From a virus (lineage: Duplodnaviria > Heunggongvirae > Uroviricota > Caudoviricetes): DNA of 64,000 nucleotides. Position numbers and translations under genes: made by a program. Shown in pieces: positions 1 to 10,900 of the stretch. Position 1 is the stretch's first letter, and every line of letters begins with the position of its first letter. The notes under the pieces are model-generated. The model did not search any database. It saw nothing but the letters and a program-made list of their open reading frames with translations, and was not told where the DNA came from. The DNA lies in the IMG/VR virus record IMGVR_UViG_3300028534_000514, positions 64,001 to 128,000 of that record; one strand, given 5' to 3'.

Positions 1-39
1 AAATCATTAGAAGCTCAAGCTTCATTGTGGTTTAATTAA
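1..39 (+). CDS. 3' end of an upstream gene (partial, ...KSLEAQASLWFN*)
   Basis: Open frame from base 1 to TAA at 37-39, followed directly by AGGAG and the next ATG. Confidence 0.6.
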   Translation, partial: KSLEAQASLWFN

Positions 40-50
40 GGAGATAAAAT

Positions 51-3000
51 ATGGGAAGAATAATTTTAAAGAATTCAAATGGGGTGGATAAAGAGCCTCA
101 GCTGGCGGATTTAGAGCTTGGTGAAATAGCTGTAAACACAGTAGCCGGCACAATTTATACAAAAATGGCAACAACAAGCGGTGACCTGGTTGGAAGTACT
201 GAGTTCCAAAATGTTTATAATGTTACGCCACAGCCGGTTTTTACAGTTCCTACATCGGCTGTCGAAGGACAAATAGTAGATGTAAATATTACTAATTATA
301 ATGCCAGCAATATTTATGGCGTTAGTATTACAGGTGGAAGTTTGGATACATCAAGCAATCCATTTAAATGGACATTGCCAGCTGTAACACAGACTACATC
401 TTATGGAATAAGCATCAGTGCTCAAGAGCCTGGAAAATTAGAGAGTAAACCAACGCCTTACCAATGGTGTTCAGTCTCTAATGTTGTCGGTACAGCAGAT
501 GATAGTATTATTTTGAATAGTACTAATATTGATACGACAACTGTTCCTACATTGACTAATGCTAGTATTGTTAATGGAACTATTATTGCAGATGCTGATA
601 ATATTACAGCAGAAACACAAGAGTTCGAACAAGAAGCAACAGATAACGATTGGGCAACCTATAAACAATCGGTCCAAGTACTTCATAATGATATTATTTC
701 GGATCATAGTCAAGAACTGAGTTCACTTGCAGAAATAAAAGTAGCGGCTGATACACCAATTAGCACAAATGATATTGTATATACTAAACAAGAAGGTGTT
801 ATTAAGACTGTTCAAGTTGGAAATGTGTCAGAGCCAGAAATTCTTTTCCCTGCCGAGGAAATTGCCGCTGGAGATGATCATTCACTTATTCTAGTTGATG
901 GCAAAATCAAAAAGAATGGTGTTTTTAATTATAATGTTGAAAGTATTTCTGATGTTAAAAGTATAACTTGTACTAACTATTCCCAAACAGCATTATGTAT
1001 TAAAAAGGATGGCAGCGTATGGGGAATTGGAAAAAATAGGCAGGGTCAACTTGGATTAGGAGATACGGATGAAAGAATCGATTGGACATATTTAGGATTC
1101 TCTGCGAAAAAAATATCAGGGGGAAGAGATTTCTTTGTAGTTATTAAGGAGGATGATACTGTTTGGTCGTGTGGACGCAATTATTATAGTCAACTTGGTT
1201 TAGGGGATAGTACTGATAGAAATGTATTTACTGATACAGGCCTTACTGCAAAGGATGTATCTTGCGGGTATGAACATACGATTATTATAGATATGAATGA
1301 TAATATATTAGCATGTGGTAACAATGATTCTGGAAGATTGGGAGTTGGTGATTCTAATGGTAGAACTACTTTTACAAGTACTGGCGTAACCGGCAAAAAA
1401 GTTGTTGCAGGATATAGCATGTCCATTCTTATAAAATTAGATGGCACCCTTTGGGCCACAGGATACAATTATTATGGAGAACTTGGTTTAGGGGATACTG
1501 ATAGTAGAAATTCTTTTACTGATATTGGTTTAGAAAATGTCGAAGATATTGGACTAAGCTCATATTCTTCCTATTGTATTATAAATTCTATTATATATTC
1601 ATGCGGAAGAAATAATTATGGACAACTCGGTTTAGGGGATACCACTGATAGAAATGTATTTACTGATACCAGTGTAGTTTCTCAAAAATTAGCCAGTGTA
1701 AATAATGCTATGTATATAATGAGCATAAATTCAAATGGTGAAGTATACGGCGCCGGACGAAATAATTATGATCAACTCGGGATCGGTGATACTAATAACA
1801 GAAGTTCTTTTACAAAAGCAGTAATGTCTGAACACCAAGCAAAAACTCTTTCGAACTTTACTCCGTCATTAACAGATGGAATTGATTTCGTTGAATACAG
1901 TATTCCCCAAAGAACAGATTCTATAGCTGTTGGCGACCATTCTTTAAGAATAGATGACAACGGAAAATTATGGGCTAGGGGTCATAATAATTATGGTCAA
2001 CTTGGGTTAAATGATACTACTGATAGAACTGATTGGACCGATACAGGGATAACTGATGTTAAAAGCGTTGCTATCGGCGGCAGTCATTCAGTAATTTTAA
2101 AAAATGACGGTAGTGTTTGGGTTTGTGGAGATAATTATAGCGGGCAATTGGGAACAGGTAATACAACTGATAGTTATGTTTTTATTGATACAGGTCTAAC
2201 AGGTAAAAAAATAGCGGTAGGAGGAAATAATTCCTTTATTATTAAAGATGATAATTCCCTTTGGGGGTGTGGTGAAAATTCATACGGACAGCTGGGTATT
2301 GGATCAACTTCGGATGTCCTGAGTTTCGTTAAATTAAAGGAGAACGTTGTTGAAGTTAATGCCAGTTATGATCATACTGTAATTATTCTCGAAGATGGCT
2401 ATGTTTATACTACGGGAAGTAATGCCGACGGAAAACTTGGTCTTGGGGACACATCCGCAAGAAATGTATTCACCCGGACAAATAAAAAAGCTAAGAAAAT
2501 TGCTTCGGGGAGCAGACAAACTTTAATAATTGATCAAAATGATGAAGTTTGGAGTTGTGGGGATAACGCCTATGGTCAACTTGGATTAGGGGATAATGAC
2601 GATAGATATACCTTTACTCCGGTTCCGGGACCATTATATGCTTCCGATATCCAATGTGGAGATTCATTTAGTTTTATTATAGAGAAGGATACCAATAAAG
2701 TTTATTCGTGTGGTTATAATGCCTATGGTCAACTTGGATTGGGGGACACCACCGATAGAAATGTATTTACAGATACAGGAGAAATTGCTTCATATATCGC
2801 TTTTTTAGGTTCTACTCAAAACTCTGTTGCAATACAATATGCAGATAATACTTATAAGGTATGTGGTTCTAACGCTTATTACCAACTAAATAATACGAGC
2901 ACCTCAAGTATATCGTCTTTCGTTGATCCTGATTCAACAACATATACCAATCAAACACCAATAAGTAACGAACTAGTTACACAGCCAAGTTACTTTCAGT

Positions 3001-3242
3001 TTCCAGAATGGATGTATGTTCAATCATTAAAATCATATGTTTCATTGGAAGCAAGTTCAGGTGCTCCGAACTATATTGAAAGTACTATTGAAGGCACACC
3101 AGTAGAAATAGCGGGCGGCCTAAAATATAGTTATAATATTGTAACGCCAGCTTCTTCAGGTAGATATCTTCAAATGAAGGTAGAAGGACTTAAAGAAGAT
3201 GAAAAAGTTATTGAAATCAGAGCAGATTTAGAAACTACTTAA
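51..3242 (+). CDS. RCC1/BLIP-II repeat beta-propeller virion fibre or receptor-binding protein
   Basis: Many GxNxYGQLGLGDT repeats; N-terminal LELGEIAVNT resembles the Mtd-N/fibre anchor motif. Confidence 0.85.
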   Translation: MGRIILKNSNGVDKEPQLADLELGEIAVNTVAGTIYTKMATTSGDLVGSTEFQNVYNVTPQPVFTVPTSAVEGQIVDVNITNYNASNIYGVSITGGSLDTSSNPFKWTLPAVTQTTSYGISISAQEPGKLESKPTPYQWCSVSNVVGTADDSIILNSTNIDTTTVPTLTNASIVNGTIIADADNITAETQEFEQEATDNDWATYKQSVQVLHNDIISDHSQELSSLAEIKVAADTPISTNDIVYTKQEGVIKTVQVGNVSEPEILFPAEEIAAGDDHSLILVDGKIKKNGVFNYNVESISDVKSITCTNYSQTALCIKKDGSVWGIGKNRQGQLGLGDTDERIDWTYLGFSAKKISGGRDFFVVIKEDDTVWSCGRNYYSQLGLGDSTDRNVFTDTGLTAKDVSCGYEHTIIIDMNDNILACGNNDSGRLGVGDSNGRTTFTSTGVTGKKVVAGYSMSILIKLDGTLWATGYNYYGELGLGDTDSRNSFTDIGLENVEDIGLSSYSSYCIINSIIYSCGRNNYGQLGLGDTTDRNVFTDTSVVSQKLASVNNAMYIMSINSNGEVYGAGRNNYDQLGIGDTNNRSSFTKAVMSEHQAKTLSNFTPSLTDGIDFVEYSIPQRTDSIAVGDHSLRIDDNGKLWARGHNNYGQLGLNDTTDRTDWTDTGITDVKSVAIGGSHSVILKNDGSVWVCGDNYSGQLGTGNTTDSYVFIDTGLTGKKIAVGGNNSFIIKDDNSLWGCGENSYGQLGIGSTSDVLSFVKLKENVVEVNASYDHTVIILEDGYVYTTGSNADGKLGLGDTSARNVFTRTNKKAKKIASGSRQTLIIDQNDEVWSCGDNAYGQLGLGDNDDRYTFTPVPGPLYASDIQCGDSFSFIIEKDTNKVYSCGYNAYGQLGLGDTTDRNVFTDTGEIASYIAFLGSTQNSVAIQYADNTYKVCGSNAYYQLNNTSTSSISSFVDPDSTTYTNQTPISNELVTQPSYFQFPEWMYVQSLKSYVSLEASSGAPNYIESTIEGTPVEIAGGLKYSYNIVTPASSGRYLQMKVEGLKEDEKVIEIRADLETT

Positions 3243-3245
3243 TTT

Positions 3246-3279
3246 AAAATACGAGGAGAATCTCCTCGTATTTTCATGT
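3246..3279 (+). terminator. Hairpin terminator
   Basis: AAAATACGAGGAGA-A-TCTCCTCGTATTTT then CATGT, immediately after the stop codon. Confidence 0.8.
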
Positions 3280-3301
3280 TCTTAAAAAATTATTAAGGTT
3301 T

Positions 3302-3313
3302 AACAAAGAAGTA
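3302..3313 (+). promoter_or_regulatory. Putative late promoter AACA-N6-TA
   Basis: AACAaagaagTA; the same motif recurs upstream of many + strand genes. Confidence 0.55.
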
Positions 3314-3341
3314 TAATAATTAACTAATTGAAGGATAAAAA

Positions 3342-4358
3342 ATGAGTGAAATAAAAGATTTTAAACTTGATGAAAATAAAAATGATTTTATCATCGGAGT
3401 TCTGCCAGATAAACCGGATGAAAGAGATTATGTATTTGTGCCAAAAGCTTCTAGGGAATTGGTGGAATTACCAACTTCTGTTGATTTGAGAAAATATGAT
3501 ACCGAAATTGAAGACCAAAAAACTACAGGTAGTTGTGTTGCGAATGCAGCATGTTCTGCTCTTGAGTTGATGACGGCTGAAAAAGGGACAATCTCAGATT
3601 TATCAAGATTGTTTGTTTATTGGAATGTGCGTGAACATTACTCTTATCTTCGTGGAAAAGATAATGGCTCTTATTTGAGAGATGCATTTAAATCCATAAA
3701 TAAACAAGGAGTCCCTGAAGAAAAAGATTGGGAATTTGATGTTTCGAAAGTAAATGTTAAGCCGCCTCAAGAAGTTTATGAAAAAGCGAAGAATAATAAA
3801 GTTATTGAATATCGCCGTATTAATAAAAGAGATATAGAGAAGATTAAAGCTGCTCTTTACGAAGGACATCCAGTTATCTTTAGTACCGCTCTAGGATCTA
3901 AATTCTTTGGTTTGTCGAAACCACTAATTTCCCAGAAATATGAGAGAGTAAATCGTACTGATAATAAACTTGTTGGATACCACGCAATGAATATAGTAGG
4001 GTATGATGATACAAAACAAGCCTTTATTGTCGAAAATTCATGGGGGACCTCCTGGGGTGATAATGGATTCTGTCTTTTTCCATATGATGTCCTAACCAAA
4101 GATGGTTTAGATTTATGGGTCTGTACAAAATTCCAATTCAAAGGTGATGTTATTGAACCAGAGCCTAAACCAGAGCCTAAACCAGAGCCTAAACCAGAGC
4201 CTAAGCCAGAGCCTAAGCCAGATACAGTAACAGAAATTTTCACGGAAGCTGAAATAAAAATTATAAAAAATGCTATGAGCTTCCTTAAGCTTCTTGATAA
4301 AGAAACAACTCGAATCTTTAAACAAGTAATAGAGTTCTTTAAATCTTTTAAGGGGTAA
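3342..4358 (+). CDS. Papain-like (C1) cysteine peptidase with a PEPK linker
   Basis: QKTTGSCVANA (Gln/Cys), YHAMNIVGY (His), ENSWG (Asn). Confidence 0.9.
   Translation: MSEIKDFKLDENKNDFIIGVLPDKPDERDYVFVPKASRELVELPTSVDLRKYDTEIEDQKTTGSCVANAACSALELMTAEKGTISDLSRLFVYWNVREHYSYLRGKDNGSYLRDAFKSINKQGVPEEKDWEFDVSKVNVKPPQEVYEKAKNNKVIEYRRINKRDIEKIKAALYEGHPVIFSTALGSKFFGLSKPLISQKYERVNRTDNKLVGYHAMNIVGYDDTKQAFIVENSWGTSWGDNGFCLFPYDVLTKDGLDLWVCTKFQFKGDVIEPEPKPEPKPEPKPEPKPEPKPDTVTEIFTEAEIKIIKNAMSFLKLLDKETTRIFKQVIEFFKSFKG
4155..4221 (+). repeat. 12-bp tandem repeat encoding (PEPK)n
   Basis: ccagagcctaaa / ccagagcctaag, about 5 copies. Confidence 0.9.
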
Positions 4359-4361
4359 AAA

Positions 4362-4700
4362 ATGCCTTCTGAAAATGATAGATTAGATGATGATATTAGA
4401 GAGCTCCGTCGTAAACAGACGGAGCAGCACAATGAGATTATGCATATCAAAGAACTTATTAGCAATCTCGCTAATGTTCAAAAAAATACTACAGAAAATA
4501 TTAATGTTTTAACATCTGACATAAAAGAAATTTTAAAACATTCTTTGACATACGAGATAGTTGAAAAAGAAATGGTTATGCTCAATAGACGAATTGAGAA
4601 TTTAGAAGAAAGTCGCAGCTGGACATTAAAGTTAATTGTCGGAGCTGTAATAATGGGATTAATAGGGTTGGTGTTAGACTATAAAGCTATTTCAAAATAA
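4362..4700 (+). CDS. Coiled-coil protein with a C-terminal TM helix (XhlA/holin-like)
   Basis: Heptad-like region, then WTLKLIVGAVIMGLIGLVL; lies in the lysis cluster. Confidence 0.55.
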   Translation: MPSENDRLDDDIRELRRKQTEQHNEIMHIKELISNLANVQKNTTENINVLTSDIKEILKHSLTYEIVEKEMVMLNRRIENLEESRSWTLKLIVGAVIMGLIGLVLDYKAISK

Positions 4701-4710
4701 GGGATGGAAT

Positions 4711-5289
4711 ATGACAAGATTATATAAAGGATTACCGTTTATTTCATGGAACCCTAAAGAGAACAATAAAATAAAAATTGAAAAGATTTTTTTTCCTTTT
4801 GGTCAATTTTTTCCATTATATTTAAAAACGTATTTATTTGAAGAGCAAAAAACTTCTTTAGATAAATACAATAAAAGTGTAATAGAGGAACTCAAAAACC
4901 ATGGTGAACTTGAGGTTAAAGATGATTTAGTTTTTATTAGACATACCGGAAGATATCTTGGTAAGATACGAGAAGTAGCTCGCTTTATTTTAGACAATAA
5001 TCTAATTTCAATTGATGTTGTTTCAACCGGGTGTCATCTGACTCAAACTAAATTAACTCCTTGTGAAAAAGCAATTATAGGATTCAATCATTTGACAAGA
5101 ACATGGCTAGCAATGATTGATGGAGAAGTAATTCGTGCATCTATTGGCGACGAAATTTTCCTAGTCCGAGAAAATCTAACTATTAAACTATCGACATCTT
5201 TAGATGCCAGAAAAATTATAGAGATTTTTGCAATTGGGAAAATAAATTCGATTAAAATTAATGGAAAGGTAGGACGTGTGCATGATTAA
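4711..5289 (+). CDS. Hypothetical protein
   Basis: 192-aa ORF with RBS, operonic spacing. Confidence 0.6.
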   Translation: MTRLYKGLPFISWNPKENNKIKIEKIFFPFGQFFPLYLKTYLFEEQKTSLDKYNKSVIEELKNHGELEVKDDLVFIRHTGRYLGKIREVARFILDNNLISIDVVSTGCHLTQTKLTPCEKAIIGFNHLTRTWLAMIDGEVIRASIGDEIFLVRENLTIKLSTSLDARKIIEIFAIGKINSIKINGKVGRVHD

Positions 5290-6004
5290 ATTAATTGATA
5301 AATTAAAAAATCCAGCGACAAGATTAATAATAATCCTTATTGATCAATTTCAAGGTAAAGAAGGACTTAAAAATATCCAAATAGCTTTGAATACAATGGG
5401 AAAATATTTAAAGGTTGACGGCATTATTGGTCCAATTACTATCGAGGCACTGAAAAGTGTTAATAATAAAGAACTACATGCAGTTCTTGAAGATATTTAT
5501 CGTGGACGATTTAATAAAAAAGCTAAGACAGAACCACACTGGTTAAAATATGCTTTTGAAGAATTGGGAGTTAAAGAAATTCATGGTTCTAAACATAACC
5601 CACGTATTCTTGAATATCATTCAGTAAGTGGTGGTTTCAGTACAGATGAGGTGCCTTGGTGTGCATCCTTTGTGAATTTTATTATGCTTAAAGCTGGTTA
5701 TAAAAGTCCTAAATGGCCTGCGGCTGCAAAAAGTTGGCTGAATTTTGGAAAATCTTCCGGCGGTCCGGTTTATGGGGCAATTGCTGTTAAATCACGCAAA
5801 GGTGGTGGGCATGTTTGTTTCGTTGTTGGTCAAACACCAGATGGTAAATATCTATTTTGTCTCGGTGGAAATCAGGGTGATGAAGTTAATATCAGAAAAT
5901 ATCCAAAAGATGTTTTTATTGATTTTCGTATTCCAACAGATTATATTCCGCAAAAGGTTCCAGTATATAAAGGAAAAGCAGATATTGCTGGGAAAGAATC
6001 ATGA
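5282..6004 (+). CDS. Endolysin: peptidoglycan-binding N-domain plus NlpC/P60-like (TIGR02594-type) amidase
   Basis: VDGIIGPIT PG-binding motif; PWCASFV and GHVCFV catalytic Cys/His; LGGNQGDEV. Confidence 0.85.
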   Translation: MIKLIDKLKNPATRLIIILIDQFQGKEGLKNIQIALNTMGKYLKVDGIIGPITIEALKSVNNKELHAVLEDIYRGRFNKKAKTEPHWLKYAFEELGVKEIHGSKHNPRILEYHSVSGGFSTDEVPWCASFVNFIMLKAGYKSPKWPAAAKSWLNFGKSSGGPVYGAIAVKSRKGGGHVCFVVGQTPDGKYLFCLGGNQGDEVNIRKYPKDVFIDFRIPTDYIPQKVPVYKGKADIAGKES

Positions 6005-6465
6005 AAATAGCATTTTACAAAGCCTTTCAAAAAAAGGCTACAATGCTTGATAATTTAATAGCTGTTTTTACCTTCGGACGATACAGCCACGTTGAATTAT
6101 ATTTCAGCAATGGTGAGAGTTTTTCGATATCTCCTCGTGAGGGTGAAAGTAGATTTAAGGTCATAGACTATACCCCGGAGGCTTGGGATATATTGGACCT
6201 TAAGTTAACTGAGGACGAAGAAAAGAAATTATATGCTATTGCAAAAAATGAATATCTTGGATTTAAATATGATTATATTGGAGCAGTATTTTCCGCTTCA
6301 CCTGTTTGTATCCAAAAAGATGAGCGTTTATTCTGTTCGGAAGTTGCAACAAACATAATAAGAAGAAATAGAAGATATTATTTTTTAAGAGATGGTTGTA
6401 GATATAGTCCAAATGAATTATACAAAAAAATTAAAAGCTATTGTCGAAAAATAGAATTAAGTTAA
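6001..6465 (+). CDS. Permuted papain-like (YiiX/YebB-type) amidase
   Basis: YSHVEL (His) precedes LFCSE (Cys); YDYIG and SPNEL motifs. Confidence 0.75.
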   Translation: MKIAFYKAFQKKATMLDNLIAVFTFGRYSHVELYFSNGESFSISPREGESRFKVIDYTPEAWDILDLKLTEDEEKKLYAIAKNEYLGFKYDYIGAVFSASPVCIQKDERLFCSEVATNIIRRNRRYYFLRDGCRYSPNELYKKIKSYCRKIELS

Positions 6466-6498
6466 AAATAGAGGACATTGTCCTCTATTTTTTCCTGT
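6464..6498 (+). terminator. Hairpin terminator with TCCTGT tail
   Basis: AAAAATAGAGGACA-T-TGTCCTCTATTTTT-TCCTGT. Confidence 0.8.
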
Positions 6499-6542
6499 CT
6501 GTAATTTTTAACAAATGTTCAGTAAATATAATAAGGAATTAC

Positions 6543-6884
6543 ATGTATGAATATAAAGTTAAAGAAATTTTAAAGATTTACGATGGTGATACTATGACTG
6601 TTGTTATTGATTTAGGATTCGGAGTATATAAAACTGAAAAAATTAGATTATCATATATTGATGCTCCTGAAATAAGAGGGGAAGAACGAACTCTTGGTTT
6701 GATATCAAGGGATTATCTCAGAAATAAAATACAGACAGCTATTGATAATAATCAAGAAATAACAATTAAGACAATTAAAGATAGAAAAGGAAAATACGGA
6801 AGATATCTGGGTGAATTTTTTATCGACGGAGTATCAGTTAATCAGGATATGATAACCGAAGGTTACGCTGAGGAATATAAATAA
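6543..6884 (+). CDS. Thermonuclease (SNase) family nuclease
   Basis: IYDGDT, IRLSYIDAPE, KGKYGRYLGE; ATG at 6543 follows AAGGA. Confidence 0.9.
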   Translation: MYEYKVKEILKIYDGDTMTVVIDLGFGVYKTEKIRLSYIDAPEIRGEERTLGLISRDYLRNKIQTAIDNNQEITIKTIKDRKGKYGRYLGEFFIDGVSVNQDMITEGYAEEYK

Positions 6885-6897
6885 AAGGAGAATAATT

Positions 6898-7239
6898 ATG
6901 GATGAGAATATAGTGAATATAGAAAACATACAAGAAACTAATTGTAAAAAATGTGTGTCTTGTTGCGAACCGGCTTGGAAAGGGGTAACCAGACATCTAA
7001 GTTTTGGTATTACTCTTTTAGTATTTTTTGCATTTATGGCTCTTGATGGAAATCTTGAGGGGTTCGTTATAAAAAATGCATGGATATCTATTATGGAAAC
7101 TGTACTTGTAACAATGATAATCGCTTTATTTACTTCACGAGGGGTGGAGAAGAGTATCAAAATATGGAAGGAACATAAGTTAAATAAAAATAACGATAAT
7201 ATAGATAGTCCTCCTGACATATATAATATGTATAAATAA
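6898..7239 (+). CDS. Two-TM membrane protein, holin candidate
   Basis: Two hydrophobic segments, charged C-terminus, upstream of the spanin pair; N-terminal CKKCVSCC. Confidence 0.55.
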   Translation: MDENIVNIENIQETNCKKCVSCCEPAWKGVTRHLSFGITLLVFFAFMALDGNLEGFVIKNAWISIMETVLVTMIIALFTSRGVEKSIKIWKEHKLNKNNDNIDSPPDIYNMYK

Positions 7240-7249
7240 AGGAAATAAA

Positions 7250-7582
7250 ATGGATTTTTTATTAAAATTTTTACCGTCTAGTTCATTATTAAAATTAGGC
7301 GGGGTTCTGTTAATAATAAGCTCTTTGGGGTATTTTTTATGGGACTGGCATTACTCAGTTATAAATGATTTAAATCGAGCAATTGCTCAAAAGGAGCAAT
7401 TGCTCGAAAAGAGCAAAGCCAATTTAAAAGAGGTACTAAAAGAAAATAAATTATTAGAGAGCAACCTCAAAACCGTTGGTTCCGAACTCAACATATGCAA
7501 ATTAGAAATGGATGCATATGATGAAACGGATATTAATTTTAACCCGAAGGATACAGAAGATGAAAACTATTTTGTATATTAG
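7250..7582 (+). CDS. i-spanin (Rz-like)
   Basis: N-terminal TM helix then coiled coil; overlaps the downstream lipoprotein gene. Confidence 0.65.
   Translation: MDFLLKFLPSSSLLKLGGVLLIISSLGYFLWDWHYSVINDLNRAIAQKEQLLEKSKANLKEVLKENKLLESNLKTVGSELNICKLEMDAYDETDINFNPKDTEDENYFVY
7377..7417. repeat. 17-bp-period GAGCAATTGCTC palindrome array, site A (inside a CDS)
   Basis: Units start at 7377, 7394 and 7411, separated by 5-bp A-rich spacers. Confidence 0.9.
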
Positions 7583-7907
7583 TATTCTAAGTCTATTTTT
7601 TATGGGTTGTGGACAAATAACAGAACCGCAACCAAATAATGATTATATTTATATTAAAAATAAATGTCCGGATTTAACAATTCTTCGACCAATCCCAAAG
7701 AAATATAGAAATATAAAAAAGATCAAGGTTACTTTCGAAAAAACGGATGATCCAAAAAAAGTTATTGTATTAAAAGATGTTCTTAAACAAGGTTCAATTA
7801 ACTCTTATAGAAAAGATCTTCTTATTCAAAAACAAGATAAATATATACGTTTTTACGAAAAAGAAATACGAGAATATTTAAGATTTAAAAAAGAGCTGGA
7901 ACAATAA
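7560..7907 (+). CDS. o-spanin (Rz1-like) lipoprotein
   Basis: MKTILYISILSLFFMGC lipobox, Pro-containing linker, overlap with the i-spanin candidate. Confidence 0.7.
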   Translation: MKTILYISILSLFFMGCGQITEPQPNNDYIYIKNKCPDLTILRPIPKKYRNIKKIKVTFEKTDDPKKVIVLKDVLKQGSINSYRKDLLIQKQDKYIRFYEKEIREYLRFKKELEQ

Positions 7908-7940
7908 TTGGAAGCATTTAAGCTTCCAATTATTCCTGTG
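7903..7940 (+). terminator. Hairpin terminator with CCTGTG tail
   Basis: AATAATTGGAAGC-ATTTAA-GCTTCCAATTATT-CCTGTG. Confidence 0.8.
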
Positions 7941-7977
7941 CTTCAACAAAGATACATTAGTAATTTTAGGAGAAAAT

Positions 7978-10900
7978 ATGAAACGAAATCCTTTATATGT
8001 CTTTAAGAACGAGGATACTATTGGTGTCTTTGATGTACCATTACATTCTGTAATACAGATTCTTGAAACAAGAAATAATAGAGTACTTGTTGTAGAAATA
8101 ATTAATAAAACTGGTCTTACTCCTGCCTCAACCATCAGAGATTTACTAGATAATCAAAGTCTTTATACTGTTCTTTCTGATGGAACCGGGGGTGGTGAAT
8201 TAGCAAAATATGTTGAAAACAATAAAACTGGTTATAAATTATGGGATGCAAATCTTGATTATTATGGCCCACTTGGACAAAATTCGGTTGATTTTAGTTT
8301 CCAACCCCCAATCCCTAATGGAATAGGCGGGACTACCGGGGATAATTCTTTTGCTGTCGGATATGGGACCATTTCAGAAGGTCTTTCTTCTTTTTCTTCA
8401 GGGAGAGAAACTATCGCGAGTGGAAGACAATCGTCATCTTTTGGTTTAAAAACAAAAGCTTCAGGTGAACAATCTTTCGCAGCGGGTTATGCCTCGGAAG
8501 CAACTGGCAAAAATGCTGTAGTTTTCGGTAATCTTAATAAGGCTCTTGGTGAAAATTCTTTTGTCGAAGGTCATGAAAATATGGCTGGTGGGTTCGCAGC
8601 TCATGCTGAGGGTGGTCGTAATAATGCGGGAGGAAACTTCTCGCACGTTGAGGGTAGTCTTACTAAGACAACCGATATTAATGCACACGCCGAAGGTTAT
8701 AAAACAGAAGCCGGTAAAAATGCCCACTCGGAGGGGGCTGAAACAATGGCGTTGGGTCTTTCCTCACATTCAGAAGGATTAATTACTCAAGCCCTTGGTG
8801 TCGGTTCCCACTCTGAAGGGTATATGACAATCGCTGAAGGGGATTACTCTCATGCTGGCGGTGATACCACCAAAGCCTCTGGTGAAGCTAGTTTTGCAGT
8901 AGGTATGGGTTCCGAAACAAACGGTGATTATTCTTTTGCCGGAGGCCATAGTTGTATTTCGAACGGTAAGAGTTCGCTAGCGTTTGGTTTGGAGTGTGTA
9001 TCCAATGGTGAAAATGCAATCTCGTTAGGTTATGGAACCTCAGCAACAACCGATGAAGCATTTGCTATTGGGTATAAAACATTGGCTTCCGGTTTATCAA
9101 GTTTTGCTGGAGGGTATAAAACCCAGGCTATTGGTGTCCAATCTTTCGCGTTCGGTCAAAGTAATATAGCTGCCGGAAACTATTCAATTGCTATGGGTAA
9201 TAAAACTCAAGCATCTGCGGATGGATCGACAGCCTTTGGTTTAGAATCAGAAGCAACAGGCGAATATTCCTCAGTAGAAGGTGGGTATACAAAAACAACA
9301 TCGAATTATTCAAAAGCTATTGGTTTTTGGACAATAGCCCAAAATGATTCAATGCTGGCAGCTGGACGATACAATCTTCCAAAAACAGGAACCCTACTTG
9401 AAATAGGTTCTGGACTAGATTTAAATAACAGAAAAAATGCTTTTGAAATTGAAACATCTGGATTAGTATCTGCTCCTGATATGGTGTACATTGATTTTGA
9501 TAACCTTGTCGATGAAAATATTATTGTTAAAAAATCTCTATTAGAGCATACCGATATTTTAGCGAGTGAGCTCCGATCACAATTAGAAAAAATTATTGAA
9601 AATGGTAATGTTGGATATAGAATTTATGGTCGGGATCCAAATAAATTTGGGGATATTGGTCAGGATGCAATCGACTTAAGTTATACTACTGTTAATAATA
9701 ATGAGCTTGGTGCAACCGGCGATTATTCATTTACAACTAACGTTAATAATAAAGCGTCTGGCTTGCAATCATCCGCTTTTGGATTTGGAACGTCCGCTGA
9801 AAATGAAAATGCATTAGCGACAGGAACTCAAACTTCTGCAACTGGTGTAAATTCCGCTTCTTTTGGACAAGGAACAGAAGCTTCGAATGAAAACTCCACA
9901 ACCTTTGGTTTTTATACAAAATCTTCTGGAATAAATTCAATAGCTGCCGGTTACCAAACAGAGGTCTCCAGTGAAAATTCGTTTGCAACCGGTAATCTTA
10001 ATAAAATACTTGGAAATAATTCATTCGCCAGTGGTTCATCGAATACTATTGGTCTTGGAGGAACATCTGGCGCTATCGGATCAAATAATACAGTTAATGG
10101 TTCGGCGTCATTTACAAGTGGTCTTTCAAACATATTAAACGGAGACTATAATTTTGCTATCGGATTAAATAACAATCTTAATGATAATAACAATTTTATT
10201 ATCGGAACAGATAGTAATATAAATATAGATAATGCATTTGCTATTGGTAAAAATCTTGAAAATAATACAAGATATGCACTTGTAGTAGGGCGCTATAACC
10301 AAAATAACTCCGATAATATTTTTGAAATAGGAAATGGTTATTTAGATCAGACCGGACCTGTTCTTCAGAATGCACTTGAAGTTAATTTTGATGGGATGAT
10401 TTTTGCACCGACCATGGATAAGATGGAAATTGAAAATTCTACCAATGGCTCTATATTAATTACTCGAGAATTTTTTGATGAGCATCAGGGATATCTTGAG
10501 AGAATCACGGAGGGACCTGCTGGTTCGGAACGAACTGGCTATAGAATTAGATTTAGAGATCCTCAGTGGTATGGAAGAATAGGTGAAGAAGCTGTTGATT
10601 TAAGTTACAGTGAAGGCGAAGCTCTTGATTTTGGAGCAACTGGTGATTATTCTTTTGCTGTTGGTTATAAAACATCAGCTACCTCGGAATATTCAACTGC
10701 GTTAAACTTCAGTACAAAAGCTACTGATAAATTTACATTGGCAGTTAATCAGTGTTCAGAGGCAAGAGGTATGGGTGCAATGGCGAGCGGTTTTTGGACG
10801 CTAGCCAGTGGCTCTTTTTCACATGCAGAAGGTGTAAGTAAAAGAGATGAAACTAATGATACTACGGAATATACTGAAGCGCGAGGAAAAGGTTCGCATG

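Noticed and set aside
3857-4465. Minus-strand 202-aa ORF with GLGS repeats
   Set aside because: Antisense shadow of the PEPK repeat in the C1 peptidase
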